Origin: Alphaproteobacteria bacterium
GTDB lineage: Bacteria > Pseudomonadota > Alphaproteobacteria > JACAEB01
NCBI GenBank assembly: GCA_024236075.1
Contig: JACKLE010000008.1
Location: 26,516-90,515 of the forward strand
Direction: 5' to 3'
Length of the DNA stretch: 64,000 nt
Shown here piece by piece: positions 17,834-28,824 of this stretch. The notes under the pieces are model-generated. The model made no database searches and was not told where the DNA came from. It worked only from the letters and a program-made list of their open reading frames with translations. The translations under genes and the position numbers were made by a program. The stretch's first letter is position 1. Each line of letters begins with the position of its first letter.

Positions 17834-18999
17834 CGCGCGGGACCGGGATCGGAGAGGATCCTCGCGAGCGCGGCGGCAAGGCGGGCGACGTCTTCCTCCG
17901 TATGCGCCGCGCCGAAGGCGAGCCGCAGGCGCGCCGTGCCGGGAGGCACCGTAGGCGGACGAATGGCGGCGGCGAGGAAGCCCTCCTCGGCGAGGCGCGC
18001 CGAGGCCGCGAGCGCCCGCTCGCTCGTGCCGAGGACGAGGGGCACGATGGCGCTTTGCGGCTCCGGCAGGCCCATCGCCGCGGCGAAGGCGCGGGCGCGC
18101 GCGCGCGGGATGCGCGTGAGCGCGGGCTCGCGCGCGACGACGGCGAGCGCGGCGAGGGCCGCCCCGGCCGCCGCGGGGGGAAGGCCCGTCGTGTAGACGA
18201 AGCTGCGCGCGCGGTTGCGCAGAAGCTCGCAGACGGGGCGCGAGGCGCAGAGATAGCCGCCATAGGCTCCGAGGGCCTTCGAGAGCGTGCCCATCTGCAG
18301 CGGGACGGGCGGGCTGCCGGCCGCCGCGACCGAGCCGCGACCGTCGGCGAGGACGCCGAGGCCGTGCGCGTCGTCGGTCATGAGCCAGGCATCGTGCGCG
18401 CCGGCCAGGCGCGAAAGCTCCGCGACGGGCGCGAGATCGCCGTCCATGCTGAAGACGCCGTCGGTGAGGACGAGGCAGCGCCGGTGCTCGGCCCGGTGGC
18501 GCCGCAGGAGGCGCTCCGCCTCGCCGAGGTCGTTATGGGCGAAGCGGATTTCCCGCGCGCCCGAAAGGCGGCTGCCGGCCAGAAGGCAGGCATGGGACAG
18601 CGCGTCGACGAGAACGAGATCGCCGGGCCCGACGAGGCTCGGCACGATGCCGATATTGGCGAGGTAGCCCGAGCCGAAGACGACGGCGTCCTCGGTGTCC
18701 TTGAGCCGTGCGAGGGCGCGCTCGAGCTCGGCGAGCAGGGGCGTGTCGCCGGTGACGAGGCGCGAGGCGCCCGCGCCCGCGCCGTGGCGCGCGACCGCCT
18801 CGGCGGCGGCGCGCTTCACCTCGGCGTGCTGCGAGAGCCCGAGATAGTCGTTGCACGAGAACGAAACGAATTCGCGCGCCCCGCGCCTCACGCGCGCGCC
18901 TTCCAGGCGCTCGGTCGGCACGAGGGCGCGGCGCTCGCCGCGCGCTTCGGCCGCCCCGAGCTTTTCCATCGCGAAGTCGTCTAGCGAGCGCATGCCCAT
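17830..18999 (-). CDS. bioF: 8-amino-7-oxononanoate synthase
   Basis: 389 aa. FSCNDYLGLSQH, a PLP-lysine context (GTLSKALG) and a class-II aminotransferase fold. Confidence 0.9.
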   Translation of the reverse strand: MGMRSLDDFAMEKLGAAEARGERRALVPTERLEGARVRRGAREFVSFSCNDYLGLSQHAEVKRAAAEAVARHGAGAGASRLVTGDTPLLAELERALARLKDTEDAVVFGSGYLANIGIVPSLVGPGDLVLVDALSHACLLAGSRLSGAREIRFAHNDLGEAERLLRRHRAEHRRCLVLTDGVFSMDGDLAPVAELSRLAGAHDAWLMTDDAHGLGVLADGRGSVAAAGSPPVPLQMGTLSKALGAYGGYLCASRPVCELLRNRARSFVYTTGLPPAAAGAALAALAVVAREPALTRIPRARARAFAAAMGLPEPQSAIVPLVLGTSERALAASARLAEEGFLAAAIRPPTVPPGTARLRLAFGAAHTEEDVARLAAALARILSDPGPAR

Positions 19000-19086
19000 C
19001 CGGCCGCAATTCGATCTCGTGAGGTCGCGCCGCTAACATGCCGTCCGCGCCGACGCAATCCCTGCCGCGAAGGAACCGACCGCCCC

Positions 19087-20349
19087 ATGGCCGAGGACTG
19101 GTACGAGGAAGGGCTCGCCCATATCTGGCTGCCCTATGCGCAGATGAAGACCATGCGCCCGCCCCTCGCCGTCGCCGGCACCGAGGGCACGCGCATCCGC
19201 CTAGCGGACGGGCGCGAGCTCGTCGACGGCATCGCCTCCTGGTGGACGGCGGCGCATGGCTACAATCATCCGCACATCCGCGCCGCCGTGGCCGCCCAGC
19301 TCGGCCGCATGCCGCACGTCATGCTCGGCGGCCTCGTGCACGAGCAGGCGCTGCGCCTCGCCTCGCGCCTCGCGCGCCTCGCGCCCGGCGACCTCTCCCG
19401 CGTCTTCTTCAGCGAGTCGGGCTCGGTGAGCGTCGAGGTCGCGATGAAGATCGCGGTCCAGTACTGGATCAATCGCGGCGCGCGCGGCCGCACGCGCTTC
19501 GCGACCTTTCGCGGCAATTATCACGGCGACACCTTCGCCTGCATGTCGGTCTGCGATCCCGACGAGGGCATGCACGGCCATTTCGCCGGCGCCTTGCCCG
19601 TGCAGCTCGTGCTGGACCTGCCGCAGACGGACGAAGACGAGCGCCGTCTCGCCGCGACGCTCGCCGCCCACGCGCAAGAGCTCGCCGCCGTCATCCACGA
19701 GCCGCTGGTGCAGGGCGCGATCGGCATGCGCATGCACGGGGCGCACGTGCTCGCGCGCATCGCGCGGGCCGCGAAGGCCGCCGGGCTGCTTCTGATCTGC
19801 GACGAGATCTTCACCGGCTTCGGGCGCACCGGGACGTTCTTCGCGAGCGAGGCGGCGGGCATCGTGCCCGACATCATGACGCTTTCGAAGGCCCTGACCG
19901 GCGGCACGCTGCCGCTGGCCGCGACGATCGCGCGCGAGGAGATCTTCGCTGCGTTCCTCGACGAGGATCCGTCGCGTGCGCTCATGCACGGGCCGACCTA
20001 TACGGGCAACGCGCTCGCCTGCGCGGCGGCGAACGCCTCGCTCGATCTCTTCGAGGACGGCGCGTGGGAGGAGCGGGTGCGTGCCGTCGAGGCGCATCTG
20101 CGCGCCGCGCTCGAGCCGATGCGCGGCCTTGACAATGTCGCCGATGTGCGTGTGCGCGGAGCGATCGGCGCGGTCGAGCTGCGCGAGGCCGGCGACCGCG
20201 AGGCGCTGAAGGCGCGCTTCATCGAGCGCGGCGTCTGGCTGCGGCCCATCGGCAAGGTCGTCTACACGACGCCGGCCTTCACGATCGACGAGGAATCGCT
20301 GTCGCGCCTCACCGACGCGATGAGGGAGGCCGCGGTCAGTCGTAGGTGA
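19087..20349 (+). CDS. bioA: adenosylmethionine-8-amino-7-oxononanoate aminotransferase
   Basis: 420 aa. HIWLPYAQMK, SESGSVSVEVAMK and LICDEIFTGFGRTG motifs. Divergent from bioF. Confidence 0.92.
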   Translation: MAEDWYEEGLAHIWLPYAQMKTMRPPLAVAGTEGTRIRLADGRELVDGIASWWTAAHGYNHPHIRAAVAAQLGRMPHVMLGGLVHEQALRLASRLARLAPGDLSRVFFSESGSVSVEVAMKIAVQYWINRGARGRTRFATFRGNYHGDTFACMSVCDPDEGMHGHFAGALPVQLVLDLPQTDEDERRLAATLAAHAQELAAVIHEPLVQGAIGMRMHGAHVLARIARAAKAAGLLLICDEIFTGFGRTGTFFASEAAGIVPDIMTLSKALTGGTLPLAATIAREEIFAAFLDEDPSRALMHGPTYTGNALACAAANASLDLFEDGAWEERVRAVEAHLRAALEPMRGLDNVADVRVRGAIGAVELREAGDREALKARFIERGVWLRPIGKVVYTTPAFTIDEESLSRLTDAMREAAVSRR

Positions 20350-21346
20350 GCTCGCTCGCCTTGCCGCGGAAGACGGTGTAGGCGAAGGCCGTGTAGCCGA
20401 GAATGATCGGCAGCACGACCGAAGCCCCGGCGAGAATGAAGATGAGGCTCTCGGGCGCGCTCGCCGCCTCGAAGATCGTGAGCCGCTCCGGCACGACATA
20501 GGGATAGAAGGAATAGGCAAGCCCCAGAAAGGCGAGCGCGAAGAGCGCGACGCTGAGCAGGAAGGGCACATGCGCCCCGCGATCGTCCGCTGTCGGAAGG
20601 GATCGCAGCTTCACGAACAGCGTGCCGAGGAGAGCGAGCGAAAGGACGGGCAGCGGCGAGAGCAGCAGGAGTTCGGGGAACGCGAACCATTTGTCGTAGA
20701 TGCGCGGCGAAACGATCGGCGAGGCGAGCGAGACCGCCCCCATGCCGAGTGCGACGGGCAGCAGGGCCCGGCGCGCCCAGGCCGCCGCGCGCGCCTGAAG
20801 CGCGCCCTCGGTCTTCATGAGGAGCCAGCACGCGCCGATGAAGCCGTAGCCGGCGGCGAGGCAGACCGCCGTGAGAGCGGCGAAGGCGAGCGTCGCCGCC
20901 GAGATCTTCAGCCCCATGATGTAGAGCCCCAGCATGAAGCCCTGCGACAGCGCGGCGAGGAGCGATCCGCCGAGAAAGGCCCTGTTCCAGACGGGCTTGC
21001 GCGCGCGGTCCGCCTTGGCGCGGAACTCGAAGGCGACGCCCCGCAGAATGAGGCCGACGAGCAGAAGGGCGACCGGCACGTAGAGCGCCGTCAGGATGAT
21101 GCCGTGCGCCGCCGGAAAGGCGACGAGCAGAAGCCCGACCGCCATGACGAGCCAGGTCTCGTTCGCATCCCAGAAGGGGCCGATGGACGAGACCATGATG
21201 TCCTTGTCGTCCTCCTCGGCGAAGAGGAAGAGGATGCCAACCCCGAGGTCGAAGCCGTCGAGCACGACATAGATGAGGATCGAAAGGCCCATGAGCCCCG
21301 CGAAAACGAGCGGCAGCCAGATTGCGGGATCGCCGAAGAGGCTCAT
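20336..21346 (-). CDS. cydB: cytochrome bd-type ubiquinol oxidase subunit II
   Basis: Starts MSLFGDPAIWLPLVFAGLMGLSILIYVVLDGFDLGVGIL and contains IGPFWDANETWLV. ATGA overlap with cydA. The 644-aa track ORF is an upstream read-through artefact. Confidence 0.9.
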   Translation of the reverse strand: MSLFGDPAIWLPLVFAGLMGLSILIYVVLDGFDLGVGILFLFAEEDDKDIMVSSIGPFWDANETWLVMAVGLLLVAFPAAHGIILTALYVPVALLLVGLILRGVAFEFRAKADRARKPVWNRAFLGGSLLAALSQGFMLGLYIMGLKISAATLAFAALTAVCLAAGYGFIGACWLLMKTEGALQARAAAWARRALLPVALGMGAVSLASPIVSPRIYDKWFAFPELLLLSPLPVLSLALLGTLFVKLRSLPTADDRGAHVPFLLSVALFALAFLGLAYSFYPYVVPERLTIFEAASAPESLIFILAGASVVLPIILGYTAFAYTVFRGKASELTYD

Positions 21347-22713
21347 GGGCGTGTCTCCTCCGCGGGCGCGAAGCGGGGCACGAGCGCGGCGTCGGGGAGC
21401 TGCGCTTTCGGCGGGCCCTCGTTCGCGGCCTTGCGCGCCATGCCGAAGACGACGGCGATGTAGCTCGCGATGAGCGCGACATAGACGAGGAGATAGGTCG
21501 CGAGGCTGCCCGCGATCAGCGGCGCCGCCACCGAGGATGCCGCCGCCCTTGTCGCGAGAACGCCCTGCACGAGCCAGGGCTGGCGCCCGATCTCGGTCGT
21601 GTACCAGCCCGCGAGCGTCGCGATCCAGCCCGCGAAGGTCATGAGGACGAGGAGGCGCAGCAGGGCGGGCGGCAACTCCCTCCGTCTCAGGACGAAGTAG
21701 GCGGCCGTCCACGAGGCGAGGAGCATGAGGATGCCGACGCCGACCATGGTGCGGAACGCGAAGAAGACGGGAGCGACCGGCGGATGGTTGCCCTCGTACT
21801 GGTCGAGGCCCGGCACCACGCCGCCCGCCTCGTGGCGCAGGACGATGCTGGCGCCGTTCGGGATCGCGATTTCGGCGTGGTTTCGGCGCGCCCTCTCGTC
21901 CGGCCATGCGAAGAGCAGGAGCGGCACGTTCGCGCCCGTCCGCCAGTTCGCCTCCATGGCCGCGACCTTCTGCGGCTGATGCTCGAGCGTGTTGAGGCCG
22001 TGGAGGTCGCCCGCGAGAATCTGGAGCGGGATGAGGACCGCGGCGACGAGGATTCCCGTACGGAGCGCGGCTCCGACGGCCGGCGCGCGGTCGCCGCGCA
22101 GCCAGCGATAGGCCGAGACGCCCGTGACGAGGAAGGCGACCGTCAGCCCCGAGGCCAGCAGCATGTGCGCGAGGCGGTAGGGCAGCGACGGACTGAAGAG
22201 GATGGCGAGCCAGTCCGTCGGATAGGCCACGCCCTCGCGCATCTCGAAGCCGACCGGCGTCTGCATCCATGAATTGAGGGCGAGAATCCAGAAGGCCGAA
22301 GCCGTCGTGCCCGCCGCGACCAGCACGGTCGCGAGGATGTGGAGGCTCGCGGGCACCTTCCGGAAGCCGAAGAGCATGACCCCCAGAAAGACGGCCTCGA
22401 GGAAAAAGGCCGTCAGCACCTCATAGGCGAGCAGCGGCCCGGCTATGTTTCCGACGGTGTTCATGAAGCCCGGCCAGTTGGTGCCGAACTGGAAGCTCAT
22501 CGTGACGCCCGAGACGATGCCGAGCGCGAAGGAGAGGGCGAAGATCTTCACCCAGAAGAAATAGGCCTGCATCCATTTGAGGTCGCCCGAGCGGCTGTAG
22601 GCGAAGCGGAAATAGAGCAGCACCCAGCCGAGCGCGATGGTGATCGCCGGGAACAGGATATGGAAGGAGATGTTCGCGCCGAACTGAATGCGCGCAAGCG
22701 TCGACGCGTCCAT
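21343..22713 (-). CDS. cydA: cytochrome bd-type ubiquinol oxidase subunit I (short Q-loop, CioA-like)
   Basis: 456 aa. ARIQFGANISFHILFPAITIALGW and GRQPWLV motifs. Confidence 0.9.
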   Translation of the reverse strand: MDASTLARIQFGANISFHILFPAITIALGWVLLYFRFAYSRSGDLKWMQAYFFWVKIFALSFALGIVSGVTMSFQFGTNWPGFMNTVGNIAGPLLAYEVLTAFFLEAVFLGVMLFGFRKVPASLHILATVLVAAGTTASAFWILALNSWMQTPVGFEMREGVAYPTDWLAILFSPSLPYRLAHMLLASGLTVAFLVTGVSAYRWLRGDRAPAVGAALRTGILVAAVLIPLQILAGDLHGLNTLEHQPQKVAAMEANWRTGANVPLLLFAWPDERARRNHAEIAIPNGASIVLRHEAGGVVPGLDQYEGNHPPVAPVFFAFRTMVGVGILMLLASWTAAYFVLRRRELPPALLRLLVLMTFAGWIATLAGWYTTEIGRQPWLVQGVLATRAAASSVAAPLIAGSLATYLLVYVALIASYIAVVFGMARKAANEGPPKAQLPDAALVPRFAPAEETRP

Positions 22714-22811
22714 GGCGAGCCTCCCGCCGATCGGTCTCGTGTTCCGCGAAGACTAAACTACACCGCACGCCGCCCAAGGCGAACCCTATCCGCCCCGCGC
22801 GACCTTGGGTC

Positions 22812-23867
22812 TCAGCCCGTCGGCGGCGGCGGGTAGGGGCGCGTCTCGCCGGCGAGATCGCGCACCGCGCCGTCGAGCACGACGTCGCGGCCGAGCGGAA
22901 CCTTGCCGTAGCCGTCCGGGACGTCCAGCACATAGGTCGGCTGGCCGAGCCCGGACACGCGCGCGCGCAGAGCGTCGGCCAGCGCGCGGCCTTCCTCTAT
23001 CGACAGGCGGAAATGCGCCGTTCCCGGAGCGAGATCCGGATGGTGCAGATAATAGGGCTTTATGCCCGTCTCGACGAGCGCGCGCATGAGGGCTTCGAGC
23101 GTCGCCACGTCGTCGTTGACGCCCCGCAGCAGCACGCTCTGGCTCACGAGGCTGTGGCCCGCGGCGACGAGGCGGCGGCAGGCGGCGCGGGCCTCCGGCG
23201 TCAGCTCGCGGGGATGGTTCGCATGGACGGCGACGAACACGGCCCGGTCGCATTTCAGCGCCGCGGCGAATTCCTCGCTCACGCGCTCGGGCGCGGCCAC
23301 CGGCACGCGCGTATGCCAGCGCAGGACCTTGACGTGCGGAATGGCGGCGAGGCGGGCCGTCACCTCGCGGGCGCGGGCGGGGCTCACCATGAAGGGATCG
23401 CCGCCGGTGAGAACGACCTCCCAGATCTCCTCATGCGCCGCGACATAGGCGAGCGCGGCATCGAGGGCCTCGCCGACCAGCGCCGGCCCGCCGGGGCCCA
23501 CGACCTCGCGGCGGAAGCAGAAGCGGCAATAGACCGGACAGGAATGATGGAGAAGGAGCAGCACGCGGTCGCGATGGCGGTGCACGAGGCCCGGCACGGG
23601 CGCGTGGCGCCGGTCGCCGATCGGGTCGTCGCGATCCTCCGGCGCGCGGACGAGCTCCTCGGCCGTCGGAACATATTGCCGCGCCACGGGGTCCAGGGGA
23701 TCGCCGGGATCGACGAGGGCGGCGACCGCAGGCGTCACGGCGATCGCGTAGCGTGCGGCCACCTCGTCGAGGCCCGGCACCGCCTCGCGCGGGACGAGGC
23801 CCGCATCGGCGAGCGCGGAGGCGTCGCGGAGCGTGCGCGCGAGAGGGAGCCGGAGGGGCTCGGGCAT
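22812..23867 (-). CDS. epmB: lysine 2,3-aminomutase-like radical SAM protein (EF-P beta-lysylation, EpmB/KamA family)
   Basis: CPVYCRFCFRR radical-SAM cysteine motif, combined with the epmA and efp neighbours. Confidence 0.85.
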   Translation of the reverse strand: MPEPLRLPLARTLRDASALADAGLVPREAVPGLDEVAARYAIAVTPAVAALVDPGDPLDPVARQYVPTAEELVRAPEDRDDPIGDRRHAPVPGLVHRHRDRVLLLLHHSCPVYCRFCFRREVVGPGGPALVGEALDAALAYVAAHEEIWEVVLTGGDPFMVSPARAREVTARLAAIPHVKVLRWHTRVPVAAPERVSEEFAAALKCDRAVFVAVHANHPRELTPEARAACRRLVAAGHSLVSQSVLLRGVNDDVATLEALMRALVETGIKPYYLHHPDLAPGTAHFRLSIEEGRALADALRARVSGLGQPTYVLDVPDGYGKVPLGRDVVLDGAVRDLAGETRPYPPPPTG

Positions 23868-23870
23868 GGG

Positions 23871-24998
23871 TCAGCCTCCGCTCTCGGCAGGCGTCCACAG
23901 GACGTCGGCGATGCGCGGCGCGCCGAGAAGAAGCATCACGAGGCGGTCGAAGCCGAGCGCGACGCCGCTCGCCTCGGGCATCGCTCCGAGTGCGTCGAGG
24001 AAGCTCTCGTCGAGGGGATAGCGCTCGCCGTAGCGGCGTTCCTTCAGCGCCATCTCGGCCTCGAAGCGCGCACGCTGGATCCGCGGGTCGGTGAGCTCTC
24101 CGAAGCCGTTGGCGAGCTCGACGCCGGCGGCATAGATCTCGAAGCGCTCGGCGACGCGCGGGTCGCCGGCCTTCGGCCGCGCCAGCGCCGCCTCGACGAC
24201 GGGGTAGTCGCCGAGGACCGTGATCCGTCCGAGGCCCAGGCGCGGCTCCACCTTCTCCACGAGGATGCGCGAAAAGATATCCGACCAATCGTCGTCGGGC
24301 GCGAAGCGGATGCCCGCGGCGGCCGCCGCCGCCGCCAAGGCGTCGCGGTTCGCCTCGCCCGTGGAGCCGATCGTCGCGAGCAGCCCCACTCCGGCGAAGC
24401 GGTGGAAGGCCTCCGCCACCGTCAGGCGCTCCGGCGCCGCGAAGGGATCGGCGCTCCGGCCACGGAAGGTGAGCGCGGTCGCGTTCGCCGCTTTCGCGGC
24501 GCGGGCGAGGATGGCGAGGCAGTCGTCGACCGTGCGCTCATAGGGCGCGTTCGCGCGGTACCATTCGAGCATGGTGAACTCGCGGGCGTGCAGCGCGCCG
24601 GCCTCGCGGTTGCGGAAGACGCGGGCGAACTCGAAGATCCGCTCCTCTCCCGCGGCGAGAAGCTTCTTCGCGGCGAATTCCGGCGAGGTATGGAGATAGA
24701 GGGTCTCGCGCCGTCCGTCGGGCGCCAGCGCCTCGGTGGCGAAGGCGTGGAGATGCGCCTCGTTGCCGGGCGAGTGCTGGAGGATCGCGCATTCGACCTC
24801 GGCGAAGCCTTCCGCCTCGAAATGGGACCGGAGCGCCGCCTTCACGCGGCCGCGCGCGCGAAGGCTCTCCCGGCGGTCGCCATGGACCGCCTTATCCCAC
24901 CAGGGGCGGCGATCGCCGCTCGCGTCTGCTCTGCGCACCGGGGCCGTCTTCCCTCGCCTTGGCGCGCCTGCTACACCCTCGCCCGGTGCGGCGCGCAC
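23871..24998 (-). CDS. epmA: EF-P lysine aminoacylase (truncated LysRS paralogue, GenX/PoxA)
   Basis: Class-II aaRS core without an anticodon domain ([37 protein letters not shown]). The true start is probably the GTG at 24938 ([14 protein letters not shown]...) rather than 24998. Confidence 0.8.
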   Translation of the reverse strand: MRAAPGEGVAGAPRRGKTAPVRRADASGDRRPWWDKAVHGDRRESLRARGRVKAALRSHFEAEGFAEVECAILQHSPGNEAHLHAFATEALAPDGRRETLYLHTSPEFAAKKLLAAGEERIFEFARVFRNREAGALHAREFTMLEWYRANAPYERTVDDCLAILARAAKAANATALTFRGRSADPFAAPERLTVAEAFHRFAGVGLLATIGSTGEANRDALAAAAAAAGIRFAPDDDWSDIFSRILVEKVEPRLGLGRITVLGDYPVVEAALARPKAGDPRVAERFEIYAAGVELANGFGELTDPRIQRARFEAEMALKERRYGERYPLDESFLDALGAMPEASGVALGFDRLVMLLLGAPRIADVLWTPAESGG

Positions 24999-25036
24999 CT
25001 CGTGCCGTCGCCGATAGAGAAGGGTCGAGGTCTCCC

Positions 25037-25606
25037 GTGGTCAAGGTCATCGCCAGCAGCCTGAGAAAAGGCAACGTCGTCGAGCATAGCGACGGCAAGC
25101 TCTACGTGGTCGTGACCGCGGAGAACATCCATCCCGGCAAGGGCACGCCCGTGACCCAGCTCGAGATGCGCCGCATCAGCGACGGCGTGAAGATCAACGA
25201 GCGCTACCGCACGACCGACCAGGTCGAGCGCGCCTTCGTGGAGGAGCGCAAGGCCACCTATCTCTATCAGGACGGCGAGAACTACGTGTTCATGGACCCG
25301 GAGAGCTTCGAGCAGGTTTCGGTCACTCCCGACGTCCTGGGGGACGGGGCGTCCTATCTCACCGAGAACATGGAAGTCTTCCTCAGCGTCCACAACGGGA
25401 TCGCGATCGCGATCGATCTGCCGAGCCGCGTGACGCTCGAGGTGGTCGAGACCGAGCCCGTGACGAAGGGCCAGACCGCCTCCTCCTCCTACAAGCCTGC
25501 CAAGCTCTCGAACGGCGCGCGCACGACCGTGCCCCCGCATATCGGCGTCGGCACCATGATCGTCGTCTCGACGGAGGACGGCTCCTACATCGAACGGGCG
25601 AAATAG
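25037..25606 (+). CDS. efp: elongation factor P
   Basis: GTG start with GAGG upstream. [41 protein letters not shown] and [17 protein letters not shown] motifs. Confidence 0.95.
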   Translation: MVKVIASSLRKGNVVEHSDGKLYVVVTAENIHPGKGTPVTQLEMRRISDGVKINERYRTTDQVERAFVEERKATYLYQDGENYVFMDPESFEQVSVTPDVLGDGASYLTENMEVFLSVHNGIAIAIDLPSRVTLEVVETEPVTKGQTASSSYKPAKLSNGARTTVPPHIGVGTMIVVSTEDGSYIERAK

Positions 25607-25610
25607 GGCG

Positions 25611-27008
25611 ATGGCGGAGCCCTACGACCTCGTCGTCGTCGGCTCCGGCCCGGGCGGCTATGTCGCGGCGATCCGGGCGGCCCAGCTCGGAATGAGGACC
25701 GCCATCGTGGAGCGCGAGGCGCTCGGCGGCATCTGCCTCAACTGGGGCTGCATCCCGACCAAGGCGCTGCTGCGCTCGGCCGAGCTCTACGACGAGCTTC
25801 TCCATGCGGACGCCTACGGCCTCAAGGCCGCCTCGCCGGGCTACGACCTCGGGAAGATCGTCAAGCGCTCGCGCGCCGTGGCGGGCCAGCTCTCGAACGG
25901 CGTCAAGTTCCTCATGAAGAAGAACAAGATCGCCGTCGTGGAGGGCGAGGCGAAGCTCACCGGGCCGACGAGCCTCGCGGTCGCGAAGGACGGCAAGACG
26001 AGCGAGCTCAAGGCGCGGAACGTGCTCCTCGCGACCGGCGCGCGCGCCCGCACGCTGCCCGGCCTCGAGCCGGACGGCGAGCTCGTCTGGACCTATCGCG
26101 AGGCGATGGTGCCGCAGACCATGCCGAAATCGCTCCTCGTCATCGGCTCGGGCGCCATCGGCATCGAATTCGCGAGCTTCTTCCGGACGCTCGGCGCCGA
26201 GGTCACGGTGGTCGAGGTCCTGGACCGCATCCTGCCCGTCGAGGATGCCGAGATTTCGGCGCTCGCGGAAAAGGCCTTCAAGAAGCAGGGCATGACGATC
26301 CACACCGGCGCGAAGGTCGCGAAGCTCGCGAAGGGCAAGGGCGAGGTCGCGGCGAGCCTCGAGACGAAGGACGGAAAGAGCCGGACGCTGAACGTCGAGC
26401 GCGTCATCCTCGCCGTCGGGATCGTCGGCAATGTCGAGAATCTGGGGCTCGAGGCGCTTGGGGTGACGGTCGAGAAGACCCACATCCGGGTCAACGAATG
26501 GGGCGAGACCGGCGTCAAGGGGCTCTACGCCATCGGCGATGTGTGCGGGCCGCCCTGGCTCGCGCACAAGGCGAGCCACGAGGGCGTCGTCGCGGTGGAG
26601 CGCATGGCGGGCGTGAAGGGGGTGCATCCGCTCGACCTCGGAAATATCCCCGGCTGCACCTATTCCATGCCGCAGATCGCGAGCGTGGGCCTCACCGAGG
26701 ACAAGGCGAAGGCGGAGGGGCGCGCGGTCAAGGTCGGCCGCTTCCCCTTCCTCGGCAACGGCAAGGCGATCGCGCTCGGCCATCCCGAGGGGCTCGTGAA
26801 GACCGTCTTCGACGCGAAGACGGGCGAGCTTCTCGGCGCCCACATGATCGGCGCGGAGGTCACCGAGCTCATCCAGGGCTTCGCCCTCGCCCGCACGCTC
26901 GAGACCACGGAAGAGGAGCTGATGCGCACCGTCTTCCCGCACCCGACCCTCTCGGAGATGATGCACGAAAGCGTGCTCGACGCCTTCGGGCGGGTGATCC
27001 ACGTCTGA
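25611..27008 (+). CDS. lpdA: dihydrolipoyl dehydrogenase
   Basis: YDLVVVGSGPGGYVAAIRAAQLG and GGICLNWGCIPTKALL (redox-active disulfide). 465 aa. Confidence 0.92.
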   Translation: MAEPYDLVVVGSGPGGYVAAIRAAQLGMRTAIVEREALGGICLNWGCIPTKALLRSAELYDELLHADAYGLKAASPGYDLGKIVKRSRAVAGQLSNGVKFLMKKNKIAVVEGEAKLTGPTSLAVAKDGKTSELKARNVLLATGARARTLPGLEPDGELVWTYREAMVPQTMPKSLLVIGSGAIGIEFASFFRTLGAEVTVVEVLDRILPVEDAEISALAEKAFKKQGMTIHTGAKVAKLAKGKGEVAASLETKDGKSRTLNVERVILAVGIVGNVENLGLEALGVTVEKTHIRVNEWGETGVKGLYAIGDVCGPPWLAHKASHEGVVAVERMAGVKGVHPLDLGNIPGCTYSMPQIASVGLTEDKAKAEGRAVKVGRFPFLGNGKAIALGHPEGLVKTVFDAKTGELLGAHMIGAEVTELIQGFALARTLETTEEELMRTVFPHPTLSEMMHESVLDAFGRVIHV

Positions 27009-27123
27009 GGCCGCATTCCTGCCCGCTCTCCCATGCGGCCGCGCGCCTTCCCGCGCGCGGGGATGCCGGGCTATGCTGCGTTTACAGGGAAGTAACGCCG
27101 CGAAAGCCCGGAAAGGAGCCGCG

Positions 27124-27549
27124 ATGGCCGCCCCCGCCGCCGAATTGAAGCCGGTCGTCAAATTCCTCAAGCGCCATGCCGACGGCAGGCCCTATCTCGA
27201 AGGCCATAAATGCGAGGCCTGCGGGACCGTCTTCATCGGCGAGCGCTCGGTCTGCTCGAAATGCTTCGCGCGCGACCGCATCCGCGCGGTCGAGCTGCCC
27301 AATCGCGGCACGCTCTACGCCTATTCGATCATCCACCGCTCCTATCCGGGGGTGGAGGTGCCCTTCGTCTCGGCCGTCGTCGACGTCGAGGGCGGCGGCA
27401 CGCTGAAGGGCAATCTCATGGGCGTGAAGCCCGACCCCAAGACGATCGAGATGGGCATGCCGGTCGAGATCGTCTATGGCGACGCCGGCCGCACGGACGC
27501 CGAGGGGCACCACTATCTCGCCTATTTCTTCAAGCCCGCCGCACGCTGA
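27124..27549 (+). CDS. Zn-ribbon OB-fold protein (DUF35 family)
   Basis: AAGGAG RBS before the ATG at 27124. CEACGTVF...CSKC zinc ribbon followed by an OB-fold. It sits immediately upstream of a thiolase-like gene, the usual pairing. Confidence 0.85.
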   Translation: MAAPAAELKPVVKFLKRHADGRPYLEGHKCEACGTVFIGERSVCSKCFARDRIRAVELPNRGTLYAYSIIHRSYPGVEVPFVSAVVDVEGGGTLKGNLMGVKPDPKTIEMGMPVEIVYGDAGRTDAEGHHYLAYFFKPAAR

Positions 27550-27572
27550 ACAAGAGCTCGAGGAGACATCCC

Positions 27573-28718
27573 ATGACGGACGTTTATGTCGTCGGCACGG
27601 ACATGATCCGCTTCGGCCGCTTCCCGGACCGCACGGTGCCCCAGCTCGGCGCCGAGGCCGCGCTCATGGCGCTCGACGATGCCGGCCTCACCATTCGCGA
27701 CATGGAGGCGCTCTATTGCGGCAATCTCGGCGAGGCGAGCGCGATGGTCGGCCAGCGCATCCTCCACGAGATCGGCCAGACCGGCATTCCGGTCGTCAAT
27801 TGCGCGAATGCCTGCGCGACGGGCGCGACCGCCTTCCGCGAGGGCTGGATCGCCATCAAGGCCGGCCTCTACGACCTCGTCCTCGCCGTGGGCGTCGAGA
27901 AGATGGGCCGGGGCCTCCTCGGCGCGGACCGCAAGGCGGACGGCATCCCGACCGAGGGGCTTCTCGGTTCGGGCACCATGCCGACGGTCTTCGCGACGCT
28001 CGGCATGGAGCACACGCGCAAGCACGGCACCACCTTCGAGCAGTTCGCCAAGATCTCGGTGAAGAACCACTGGCATTCGACGATGAACGCGAAGGCCATG
28101 TACCAGATCGAGACCCCGCTCGAGGAGGTGATGGGCGCGGAGATGATCTCCTATCCCAACACCAAGCTCATGTGCTCCGTGAACGTCGACGGCTCGGCCG
28201 CGGCGGTGCTCTGCTCCGAGAAGAAGGCGAAGGAGCTCGGGCTCATGGGCCGGGCGGTGAAGGTGCGCGCCTCGGTGATGACGAGCGATCCCTACACGGA
28301 GCGCGACCTCACCATGCCGGACTTCAACACCTGCACCCAGCTCGCGGCCAAGAAGGCCTACGAGATGGCGGGCCTCAGCCCCAAGGACCTCGACCTCGTG
28401 GAGCTCCACGACTGCTTCGCCACCGCCGAGATCCTGCACTACGGCAATCTCGGCCTCTGCGAGGAGGGCGAGGCGGGCGCGCTGATCGACCGCAAGGACA
28501 CCTATCTCGGCGGCAGGATTCCCGTGAACGTCTCGGGCGGCCTCCTCTCCAAGGGCCATCCCCTGGGCGCGACCGGCATCGCGAATGTCTACGAGGTGAC
28601 GACGCATCTGCGCGGCGAGGCCGGCAAGCGCCAGGTCGAGGACGCGCGCATCGGCCTCACCCATGTCGTCGGCATGGGCAATGCCTGCGCGATCCACATT
28701 CTCGAGAAGGTGGACTGA
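27573..28718 (+). CDS. thiolase-like (SCP-x/lipid-transfer type) protein
   Basis: GAGGAGA RBS. MTDVYVVGTDMIRFGRF, VVNCANACATGATAF and GGLLSKGHPLGATG motifs. Confidence 0.85.
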   Translation: MTDVYVVGTDMIRFGRFPDRTVPQLGAEAALMALDDAGLTIRDMEALYCGNLGEASAMVGQRILHEIGQTGIPVVNCANACATGATAFREGWIAIKAGLYDLVLAVGVEKMGRGLLGADRKADGIPTEGLLGSGTMPTVFATLGMEHTRKHGTTFEQFAKISVKNHWHSTMNAKAMYQIETPLEEVMGAEMISYPNTKLMCSVNVDGSAAAVLCSEKKAKELGLMGRAVKVRASVMTSDPYTERDLTMPDFNTCTQLAAKKAYEMAGLSPKDLDLVELHDCFATAEILHYGNLGLCEEGEAGALIDRKDTYLGGRIPVNVSGGLLSKGHPLGATGIANVYEVTTHLRGEAGKRQVEDARIGLTHVVGMGNACAIHILEKVD

Positions 28719-28824
28719 GGCGCCGCGCGCATCGTCGGCGGCCGGCCGCATTTGACCTTGTCCGAGGATTGTCCTGAATAGGGGCGTCGGCGGCGCGCAG
28801 GCGCGCCTTCGGGGAGGGGCAAGC

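Noticed and set aside
20336-20349. 14-nt convergent overlaps of stop regions: bioA/cydB here and maeB/hydrolase at 40962-40975.
   Set aside because: Short convergent overlaps are common in compact GC-rich genomes. The equal length is most likely coincidence, and the two sites share no sequence.
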